A DNA stretch of 64,000 nucleotides, taken from assembly GCA_050230475.1 (NCBI GenBank), contig JBFLGF010000149.1:1-64000 (forward strand). The letters are read 5' to 3'. The translations under genes were made by a program, and so were the position numbers. Within the stretch, counting starts at the first letter, position 1; each line of letters begins with the position of its first letter. Of this stretch, positions 53,801 through 64,000 are shown piece after piece. This DNA is from Ancylonema sp. (lineage: Eukaryota). The notes under the pieces are model-generated. The model did not search any database. It saw only the letters and a program-made list of their open reading frames with translations, and was not told the origin of the DNA.

Positions 53801-54982
53801 CTTCCGAGATCCCCTCTTCCTCAGAGTGCAGATCTTCCAGAACTTGTGAGCAATTCTTGTGGAGGCGATGAAGACGAAGATCATCTGGAAGCTGGTCCAG
53901 AATGGTATCCTGATGATGCTACTCCTCTTGAGCTGGGTGTAATTTTTTTTGCAAGCTGTGAATCTGCTTCTGAATCTGCTGGAATAGAGGGTGTGGGCTA
54001 CAAGTCTGCAATGGGCAATTTGCTGCATCTCACTTCTGGAACAAGACCTGATCTGGCAGCTGCTGTTAACTCCTTGTGTCGATACAGTCAGCAAGCATTG
54101 GGAGGGGGTAAAGAGAGCTCAAGGAAACTGTCAATCTGTCGAAGTTCTGGAGACACCTTGTCATACTCCTCTGTCAGATAGTCCCACATCGCCTTAGGAT
54201 CTCGTTCAAGTTGTTCAAGTGATGTATCGATGTCGTCACTGGCAAGTTGCATGAGTAGCATGGCTGCCTTCTTTGATCTTTTGCGGAAGCTTTTGACATC
54301 AAGTGTATACTGCTCCATTTTTGCTTCATTTGTTGGCCAGTGTTCATCATCATATTTGGCTGTAACCTCAGTTGGAATAGTCTATGTTCCTTTGCAGATC
54401 TCAAGGCACTGCACTCTGCATCATCAAGAGTAGCTGAGGCCTTAGATCTCCATGCTTGAAAGGTAACTTTATCTCCATCCAGAATGCAATGCAGTACCGT
54501 GCTCTGATACCACTGTGAGTGCTTTCTTCTGCCATCGAATCGATGCAAGAATAAAGCACAACTCTCTCAGACAACTCTTGAATCGACAGATCACGTCATT
54601 AAGATCACGTCATTACAAACGTTGACACAAGAAGTAGAAAAGTCTGATTACAGAATTCAGCATACAAGCTCAGACCTAGTAAGTCGTTTGTTGCCTGGTC
54701 AAAGAATCTATTGGTATCGAAACTACTTCGTCAACTGCCAATCATATCTAAGCATTCTGCCACATCAACTAGTTCTTCTTATCGTCGACACTTGTGCCAG
54801 ATGGCCAAGTTATCATTGAAACAAGGACATCGGCCTGCAGCCGGCCTGCAGCCTGCCTGCAGCCTGCGCGTGCAGCCTGCCTGCAGCCTGCATTTGCTGA
54901 ATAACGACAAAACTAAAGCTAAATTCCCGGTATTGCTAAAATCGATATAACGACAAAAGTTCACAGCCCCTAAAAACTAACA
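50861..54982 (-). mobile_element. Ty1/Copia LTR retrotransposon, internally deleted and inverted
   Basis: LTRs 50861-51296 and 54514-54982 (TG..CA), TSD TCATC, tRNA-iMet PBS (GCTCTGATACCA at 54501), PPT at 51297. Coding remnants include CCHC knuckles, protease FDDGSSHH, HTRLGH, integrase VDLAGP and RNase H NPVFHKRSKHMDIKYH. Confidence 0.95.
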
Positions 54983-55188
54983 TCATCCGTGTCTTGAAAT
55001 TTGTCAAATTATGAGTGGTGGAGGAGCACTTCGTCCCGCACCTGTCACGCACTTATGCCGGACACCATTGGTCTCGCACCCACCCTGAGTCGCCGATGGC
55101 TACCGGTCTGCCTTATTATTTTTTAGGCTAACCCAGGCCCTCAAGTAAAAATAAAAAATGAGTGAGTGTGTCCTACTCCTAGTGCTAG

Positions 55189-57781
55189 TGTTAGAACCGG
55201 AAAAATTCTAGTTTGAATGAAACATTCTCATAGAAAACGACACAATGTTGTCGGTTCTAACTGGGACAGAGAATACATGAGTTGATAGGATACTAAATAA
55301 GCACTACTGAAGAGTTTAAATACTAGTATGAAGCTAGGGTCGGAACTAAACTCTTTATAAAGGAAACTGAATACTAATTCGATATAAGAACAAGTTGGAA
55401 GTTAGGGCCCAAGAACTAGAAGAGGGTCTAACTAATGATAAGGTCTAATAACCAAAATAGGGCCTAATTACTAGGCGATCGGGATAAATAGCTAAGAGCT
55501 AGCAAAGGTTAGGGCACTCTCTAAGGTAACGCTAGGGACAATAGAGAGAGTCATATCAGGACCCCCCCCCTCAAAGACGCGGCGTGCCGCGTAAGAAGGA
55601 AAAGGGCAGAGGCCAGGGTTTCGGGCGAAAAAAATGAGCTGGAGACAGGCCACGCTCCCGACGGGGGAGTAATGATGGCTGGGCTCAATAGCAGGGAAAA
55701 TAATGAGCCCAGGGTCGTAGGGGAAAAAACGGGCTCCCGCGAAGGCAGCAGCGGGGAATGAGGGCCGTCGGATAGATGGCTTGATAAAAAAGACGAAAAA
55801 ACTGGAAATCTGAAACTGACGACAGCGACCGTCCGATCTGTATGTGTCAGAAACAGGCGGAGGACAAAAGGTGATGATGGTGCGATTGCGGATTCCACGC
55901 TGGCAGATATGAAATCCGTGGAGGGCGGATGCGCCGTTGGATGAACTGCAGTGGACGGCGACGATGGGGAAAACTTCTGGAAAAACTTGAGGAACTCGGA
56001 AACGGAAATGGGCGAGTAACCAAGTTCGAGAAGATTCCAGGGACGGCCGCGATGAGGTCCAAGACAATGAAGAGGACAGATTGGACCACGTCGACACAGA
56101 CAGAGCAAACTAAGGCCAGGACTAGGATCCCACGCAAAACCTTGCGGACCTGGGAAGTGGAAGCCGATGGATCTGGCACGTGCGACCGCCATGGGGAACA
56201 AGGCAGGTTGTAGGGAGTAAAATTGCACGGAAATGGAAATTGTTGCCGCCACTCGGGACAGGCGAGACGGCCGGAACAAAGAAGTGCAGAGGGGAAAGTG
56301 CCAGGAAGGGAAAGAGGGAAATGGAGGGTAGGTAGATAGGGATAACGCCATCGCGGGAGCCGCCGTGCAGAGGCATGGCGATCGAGGTTCGATTCCTCGG
56401 GAGGTTGTAAATGGTAGCGGGGGGGGTAGGACGGGGATATTTTGTGGGGAGAGGGGCGGGCAGGGATGTGATGTCGGGAGGTTTAGGAGGGGGGTGGGAA
56501 GAATTGTAGAGAAGGGAAAGGGTGGCAGAGCCGGGAAGCAGAAGCAAGCCACACGCACAGAGGGGAATGGCCGATTTTGAAAGGTAAGGCTGTGTGCTTG
56601 TGTGCGCAGGTTCGGAGCACGGAGACGGAGGTCGGATGGGAACAAGGGAGACACAAAAGGGAGTGGGGGAGGAGGGTAAGGGTGGGGAGGGGCTGAGTGC
56701 AGGGCGGAAAGCAGAGACTGGACAGCAGGCCGGGAGTGGAGGGTGTCTGGAGGGGGAGCTGCGACGGAACCGGGGAAGGCAGGAGTCAGAACAGGAACTG
56801 CTGGGCGGACGGCGACCAGACTTGTAGTGTGGTGGACAGCTGGAGCAGTTGTAGGAGTAGGAGGAGGCTGGACAGCAGGTTGTGATGTTTTAGAAGTAGT
56901 TGTAGGAGGAAGGGTGTAGCCTGCGGAGCTGCAGGGATTGCCTAGACAACAGCTGGGGAACTAGCTGTAGAAGGTGCTGATGTTGTAGATAAGAGGAGCA
57001 GAGTCTGCTGCGCAGACTTGGGTAGAGACTTTTGGTAGGGGACAAAGGGCAGCTAGGTAAGCTTTAGGACTGATAGCGGGAAGTATAGCATGGACTGCCT
57101 CTACGGTTCGAAGCCGAGATCGAAGTCTGGCCTGTTGTTGTCGTAGGGCGGATTGTTGTTGGAGTAAGATAGACATTCGTCGGTAACGCAAGTTTTTCAT
57201 ATCTTGCATTTAACAAACTAAATCGGCATAATGTGACTCTGAATCCATGGGTAATGGAACTGGGAATGGGAATGGAAAATCTGAATTAGGTGAATACCTT
57301 ACGAGATAAAAACTTGATTGGAAAACACATGTTTGAAGGTTCGGACAGAACCCAAGAATATACTAATTCACTAGAGGGAAGCTCAATAGTAAACTAATAC
57401 AAATTTTGGATCCTATCAAAGTGTTAGAACCGGAAAGGTTCTAGTTTGAATGAAACATTTTCATAAAAAACGACACAATGTTGAAGGTCATAACTGGGAC
57501 AGAGAATACATGAGTTGATAGGATACTGAATAAACACTACTATAGGGTTTAAATACTAGTCTGAAGCTAGGGTCGGAACTGAACTCCTTATAAAGGAAAT
57601 TGAACACTAACTCGATATAAGAACAAGTTGTAAGTTAGGGCCTAAGAAAGGTCTAACTAATGATAAGGTCTAATAACCAAAATAGGCCTAATAACTAGGC
57701 GACCGGGATAATAGCTAAAAGCTAGCAAAGGTTAGGGCACTCTCTAAGGTAACCCTAGGGACAATAGAGAAAGTCCTAACA
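55189..57781 (-). mobile_element. Non-autonomous LTR element (Gypsy-like ends, LARD/TRIM type)
   Basis: Direct repeats of ~360 bp (55189-55558 and 57422-57781, TGTTAGAACCGG...), G-run PPT on the minus strand at ~55562-55572, and no RT/IN motifs inside. Confidence 0.8.
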
Positions 57782-57909
57782 CAAGTATTTTGTGTGTGCC
57801 TACAAGGCGAGTTGTCATTATGGTGTGGTGTGCCTATGTGGTGTGATGTTGAATAATCCGGCACTTGTATTTTGACAAGGCGGAATCGGATAGGCACAAG
57901 TGGCAGAAG

Positions 57910-58960
57910 TCATTTTCTAGAATAGTGTGGAAGATTTTCGCTAGGAATTTCGCGAGCGGGGCGGAAATTTCTTACGGTGAAATTTCGCGGGGCGGGACCT
58001 ATCACAGGCGCCGGACGCTTGGGAGTGCCTCCCATCGGAGATCCGCTGACCATAGGCATTGGTGACTGCCTCGGCGAAGTGATTGCAGCCTGATGAATAG
58101 CTAAATGCATTGCGGATCCAGCCACAGTCTCAACTACTGGAGGGGCGGATGTCGTTTGACCGCGGGGCGCATTCGCCGGAGGCACATTCAAAGACATTTC
58201 TTGATATGTTTTGATGAAAGCTACAAGTGTTTCTTCGAAACTCATGCACAGTGCTATAGTGCCGAAGAATCTGCCACGATCTAAGTCCTGCTCTGATACC
58301 AATGTAATGTATCGCCACAGGGCGATATATATCACGTTATTTGCAAGTAACAAACACATACGACTCGAACGTAATCGACACGCTGTGTCCGCACTCTGCA
58401 CCAACTAGAGCTTGTTCAACAACTAAATGACTGAATACTCTGCACGCTGCGGCGTGTATGTTTGAAGGCGGAGCACACGATCGAATCGTGCACAAGCTCG
58501 TGTTCAGTTGAGGAAAAGCTCCCTCAGCTGACACCGGTTGAAAGCTCTACGAGCTCGAACTATCGATGCGGGGTGGAATCCGCAAACAACGGTTGACTTG
58601 CGTCATGTACGGCTGAATCCGTACGACCGGACGGGGATTTTGACCCGTCAAAGGACCCGTCGAAATACTAGACAGTTACCGGCTCCATGCGGGGGCGGTA
58701 ATATATAATATTAAACAAGTATTAATTGGCGCAACCTTGCGCCAAGTATTAATAATACTTAGGCGGGGCGCAGGCCCGAGGCCGGCGTCCCTCTCTATAA
58801 GCAACTCTGCTTATAGGCACAATCGATAATTAACTTATTAATTATCGACAAAACAGTAATGCACAAACGCACACGTCACTCCGTTAAGAGGGGGCGAGGT
58901 GGCTCTGTATTTCTGAGGGGAGGCGCAAGAGTCCAGAGCAGCGAGAGAGAGCAGCTTGCT
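57910..58960 (-). mobile_element. Truncated LTR retrotransposon: 5' LTR, PBS and gag-like N-terminus
   Basis: GCTCTGATACCA (tRNA-iMet PBS) at ~58290, adjacent TGTAATG LTR edge, and ORF MSFEETLVAFIK... reading away from the PBS. Confidence 0.65.
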
Positions 58961-59039
58961 TGAAACTCTTACTCATTGTGGTTGTGAGAGTGAGTATCTT
59001 GCGTTGAGTGCAACACGAAATGAGGTAGTCTACATTCAT

Positions 59040-59690
59040 AAATGCAAAAAGAGTTAGGGATCTCTAGAAAAAGGGTGTGCTGCTGTTGGGAAATAATGAG
59101 AGTTCTATGAAGTTGGCAGAAAACCCTATTTTTTATAAACAGATCCAAGCACATTTGAGATTAAATACCATTCGACTAGGGAGAGGGTAACCAAGAAGAA
59201 GATTGAGTCGAAGTTTGTGAGGAGTGAGGAGCAGGCTACTGACATGCTCACAAAAGTTGTGTAAGTCAAGGTGTTGAATGCACATTGTGCCATTGTTGGT
59301 TTGGTGACTGAGTAGTAAGGAGCTGTGAAAAATCGATATCAATGCATATCATTTTTGGAAGGGGACAGGTTCCAAGGGAGAAGGTGTTAGTTTTTAGGGT
59401 CTGTGAACTTTTATCATTTTATCGATTTTAGGGCTTAAGTCGATTGTCGATTTGTCGTTTTGCCTGTCGATATGATTGTGATGTTACATTTGGCCACCTA
59501 GCATCGTGTCGATAAGAATAGATGACTTTGCACAATACAGGAATATGATTGGTGTTGACTTGATAGTTTGATCACTAGTGATCTTTGACTAGGTTGGGTC
59601 ATGGATCACAATTGATTGTATCCAGTCTGAGCTTGCAAGCAAAATTTTGTACTAAATCAATCTATCTCAAACTTGCACTGTCGTTGTGTG
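59040..59690 (+). mobile_element. Decayed Copia 3' end (RNase H remnant, PPT, LTR) related to the 50861 family
   Basis: LAENP.F.....KH remnants, PPT AGGGAGAAGG, and LTR start TGTTAGTTTTTAGGG.CTGTGAACTTTT matching the reverse complement of the LTR end at 54982. Confidence 0.75.
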
Positions 59691-61344
59691 TGTTTATAAA
59701 GCCGTGGATGTTTGCTTCAAGTGTGAAGTCTGTCACTTCTTGCATCGATGGCAAAAGATAGCGGCAACATCCCAATCCCCGATCCCCGATGCGGATGGGC
59801 GCCGGATCGGACCCGATCCGGATCGGCGCGGGGTCGGAGCTTTCCCGAACGGTTCGCGACCAACTATGATAACGGTGAATACACATTGAGTATGTAAGCG
59901 TCATTGCGCGCCTTGGCAAAAAGCTTTGTTGTATTTGGATTTCCCTTTTTTACGGCGGTGTTGTTTGGCACCGGTCCGGGCCTTGACACGTCCAATACCG
60001 GTTTGTTATATCTTAGGACGACGTGACCAACTAAAGGCAAAAACATAGTCGGGTGCGCACATGTTCAAAACATCTGCGCATCGCGCACCTCCTATCAAAA
60101 TCCAAATTGGAAATTTCGACCAAGTTCAAAGTCGTCACTTGCAGAGGTAAGTATTTAAAGAAATTTTACCTAGAGTTTTCTTACGTAGTTGGACACGCAC
60201 ATGTGCGCGGGTTTGAGCGCACGCGTTCCGATCATGTGCGCGATTTTAGCTGTGCGCACCCAACCATGGATAAGTTTCATGCCACACGCACAACGGTTGG
60301 TACCGATAAGAGTCATGTTTGAAGTCTGATAAGTAAGTTCGCGGATCCCAACATTACGATGTTCCACTTTTAGTCATATTGTTGGATTATACGGATACCC
60401 TGATGACCATCAAATACGATTGTTGCATCACGCGTATGATCTCCTTAGCGGGCACATAGTCCTGAACAACTATTCGTGAGTGGGAGTATTCATGTTTTGG
60501 TATTTTAATTCCTATTGCGACCAATGAGGCCTGGAATCATTTAACTTTGTCACCTCGACTTCTACGCATATGGGCCATATGGACTGGATCCCGCATGGTC
60601 CCCCATCCGGATCGGAGCCGGATCCGACCTAGTCTAAATCGGCGCCGAAGCAAGGATCACCCGACTGTATTACGCTTAAATAGAAATTGAATATGGAAAC
60701 CTGTTTTTGGGGGGGTCTGTGTCAAATTTGGTGTGTATAAAGATTTTATTATTTTTTCCATCGACTTTCGTGAATCTGCGGCGCTTCCGTTCCGAATCGG
60801 AGGCGAAACGGGCCGGAGCGACGACAAACGGGAGATTCCCTACTTGGATTGGGCTTAACTATGTTGGAGACTCTTACATTTAAGAGAGTACAGGTGTCAG
60901 AGTCATTCAAATGAGTGATTGAAATTTAGGTATTCTATCACAGCGACATGCTTAATTAAATAAGAAATCAGTTCAAGACTGAAGCTCGACCAGGCAATCT
61001 TCTTCATCCCCTCTCTTATGTACCGACAAAAAACTGAAGTGTGGTCAAGACTCCTACCAGCAGTGACACCTAAGCTAGACTTCAGTAAGCGCCCACAATC
61101 GTCAGCCGAAGGTATTTCTAGAAGCCACCTTTCCGTCCTGCCAAAAAGTTATGCCTGCCTATGTTCCCCCCACTACCTGCAAGCGTGCATGTGCGCCTGC
61201 CCATGCATGAGTGCAGAGAAGAACAGACAACGTACATCCGTCTCTGCCAGAGTCCGCCACCTGATTAGCCCAAAGATTCTCTAAGAGAACCTCCATTAAG
61301 GAGGAGAATCGCAACCACAAAACAGTAGAAAAAAAATGGTCACC

Positions 61345-61989
61345 CTACATGGAGGTCCTGAACACCACGCATCGCCTCCTTTGCGGATAGATCTGATTTC
61401 CGTCGTTAACAAAGAGCTTGGTCAGCTCCCCCGACGTGTTGGGAATCGTTAGGTCCGTGATAGGAAGGAGAACACATCGGTCGCGGGCATACCATCTCCT
61501 CCCGTGCTGTCCCCTCTTCCCCTGGGTTTTCCTGTTAAATGTTCGGACCCACAGCTTGCCAACGTTTGACCCTCCCGAGTTAAGGTAATATTGGTTGCCG
61601 GCAGTCACCATGGGCGGCAGCTTATTGCAAGTCAAGTACGTCCCATTCTGGTACGTGTCCACAACATTCACAAGCTGCTGCGTTTGAACGTTCTTCACAC
61701 CTGGCGCGAAGTTAAATAAGGACCCTGACCAGTGGAAGCTCTTTGCAAGAATGGGACTGAGAACATGGTCACCATTGAAGCCATCTGCCAGGTGAAATGT
61801 GGGAACGATGTGATCGTAGCCATCAAAGAAGAAGTCACAGTACTGGAAGGGAGATTTTGGACAGCAATTTCCCACACCCTGACTCTTCGCTTGATAGGGG
61901 GTAAGACCCTCCCCAAGAGCCCTCCCAGCTGCCGATAGAGGTACCACCACTAATATAAGTACCGATGGAAGCAGCCTCAACGCAGCCAT
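61345..61989 (-). CDS. Secreted Cys-containing protein of unknown function, intronless
   Basis: Open frame from MAALRLLPSVLILVVVPLSAAG (signal-peptide-like), with NCCP..YC, TC, RC and a C-terminal RCVVFRT; composition looks globular. Confidence 0.7.
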   Translation of the reverse strand: MAALRLLPSVLILVVVPLSAAGRALGEGLTPYQAKSQGVGNCCPKSPFQYCDFFFDGYDHIVPTFHLADGFNGDHVLSPILAKSFHWSGSLFNFAPGVKNVQTQQLVNVVDTYQNGTYLTCNKLPPMVTAGNQYYLNSGGSNVGKLWVRTFNRKTQGKRGQHGRRWYARDRCVLLPITDLTIPNTSGELTKLFVNDGNQIYPQRRRCVVFRTSM

Positions 61990-62755
61990 GTAGAACACGG
62001 GCAACATCGGATACACCGAGGACACAAGTCCACCAGAACCGTAGCGGAATGGTAGGAGGTGTGATGGTGGTTGTGTAGGCAGACACGAACGATTTTTTCC
62101 GTCTGTTCTTTCGACGCAACGTTGAGGCGACAACCCAAATCTGGCATTTGGGTTGTTGCGTCGTTGATCGCGTTCGTGCGGACCACGTTTGGTCCGACTA
62201 CGTAAACCCAACACGTGTGATAAACGTTAAAATATCCAGGTGGCAGGACCAATGCTGCCCGGCCAATGCGGGCTTAGTGACCGATGATGTACCTCCCTCC
62301 TGACACATTATATTTGCTTTCGGATGATTGGTCTAGACAAGTACGATCATCTCGCTAATCGACAGGTTGCTCCATCATCTTACAAAGAGCCAACGGATTG
62401 ACAATTGCCAATCATCATTCGTTCTGACAAGTGACGCTGTCGACCGCCATGATTTGCCACTTGGAGAGACCTGATTCCACGTCGTCTCTACGAAAGAATC
62501 TCGACTTCGTAACTTGTAGACCACGTTAGTTTAGGTTATGGACGGGGATCGGCCCGCGCTAGGGGGTTTCTATCCACCGCTTTCCTACCAAATTCGGTGC
62601 CCAGCCGGGTTGGGCATCGGTAGGGAGTAGGGCAGCAAAAGTTGCAAGCCAAAAGCAAAAACCAACTTGGATCGATCTAGCACACAAAGTAGACAAGTGT
62701 GCATCCTTGTCGTTAGCTTTGTGTTATGTTTATATCCAAGTTTTCAATGAAAATG

Positions 62756-63257
62756 CAGTGCTGCACCGGGTCCGTATTCCGTACGTCACGTTTTCCACAC
62801 GGGGCCGTGAGCAATCTTCCGTCCCTGGCAAATGCAAACGTCGTACGGATTTTCTCGCAAACGTCCGGAATACGTCCGTGACATGTGGCAAACGTGTACG
62901 GAATGTACGAATGCAAACGTTTGCGATTGCAAACGTTTGAAATACGTCCGTGAAATGCGGCAAACGTGCACAGATTGTACGAATGCAAACAATTGCGTGT
63001 AGTTTTTTGTTTTTTTGTTTTTTACTAATTCCACAAAATATTGATCACGTTATAGTGGTGAACGTCATGAACCAATGATGACGAGTCTTCCATACTTTCA
63101 TACTTTAGTTACCGGAAGTGTACCACACGTAAACAAAAAAAAATACGATGCGGACGTTTGCAAAACTTTTGCAACTTTCGCCGCACGCACGTATTCCGTA
63201 CGTACGCGTTTGCAATACGGCGTTTGCAGGTATTTTTTCCGTCCCGGTGTATCACTG
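62756..63257. mobile_element. hAT MITE
   Basis: TIRs CAGTGCTGCACCGGG / CCCGGTGTATCACTG; TSD TGAAAATG / TGAAAGTG; GCAAACGT subterminal repeats. Confidence 0.85.
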
Positions 63258-64000
63258 TGAAAGTGTGAAATCAGATTACGGTAACCCATGAAAAGACGCG
63301 CAACTAGCCTTACATCATTGGACGCCATTCAATATGCGATCTATGAATATGTGAATAAATTGAGAACAAACATTGCATCACCTGGCTGAATTATAAATTA
63401 TATCAAGTAAATATAGTAAAACGTATCGTAGTTAGTATTGTCTTTATTTATAACCCTTCTCAATTAAGACTTGTTACTCGTAGAGACCATCGGCAAGTTT
63501 AATCAATAACAACCCTCTCGAATGTGTTATTTAATCTTCTCCTTAGTCCCGCCGACGTGTTGATGAACAATGTATGGAAGATGTACGTATCCGCAGAGAA
63601 TGCTTGTTTACGATTCATCTTTCAGGGTTTTAGGTTCAAAGAAAAACCGATAAAAAACCAAAAAATGTTCGATTCCCTACCGATCCCTACCGGTTCCTCC
63701 CTACCGCCCTACCCCCTACCCAGCCAACCGCGGTTGTTCTAAATTCCCTACCCCATATTGCATATATGGGAACCGGTAGCTAAAGTGGTAGCTACCGTGG
63801 TGGGACGGTAGGGAGTAGGGCGCCAGGACGGTGTCGCCAACCCTAATCTCTACCATTTAGACGGGGGTTGCGCCATTAGGCACCTCAAACGTCCCGAATT
63901 TTCCCAACCACATCCCAATAGCCACCGGGTTGGGAATGCGCCATCAAAGTGGGATGCGGTTGGCTAGTTGGCAAAATGAAATTGAAAAAAAAAAAAAAAA

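Overview
Eukaryotic nuclear DNA with GT-AG spliced genes and dense transposon debris. The gene content (ELIP, NFXL2-type zinc finger, plant-type LysM protein, ABRE-flanked LEA-like gene) points to a streptophyte, either a charophyte alga or an early-diverging land plant; this is inference. Genes rebuilt by hand: two tandem HIT-family hydrolases (one with a signal-peptide-like N-terminus), an ELIP divergent from an intronless five-bladed beta-propeller glycosidase-like gene, an mTERF-like gene, a LEA-like gene with an in-frame TAG that could also act as an alternative splice acceptor, mitochondrial ribosomal protein L27, an NF-X1-type zinc-finger gene, a LysM gene, an internally deleted ABCC/MRP pseudogene and an intronless secreted Cys-containing orphan. 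Mobile DNA: several hAT MITEs with 8-bp TSDs, pogo/Tigger-like MITEs, a CRE-clade (RT + restriction-like endonuclease) non-LTR retroelement whose two copies both end inside pogo-like MITEs, a Copia element with an internal inversion, and other LTR remnants. Best leads: possibly extracellular HIT nucleotide hydrolases, possible MITE targeting by the CRE element, the stop/splice switch in the LEA gene within an ELIP/GH/LEA stress neighbourhood, and telomere-like G/T repeats in introns. No database searches were run; family calls come from motif recognition.
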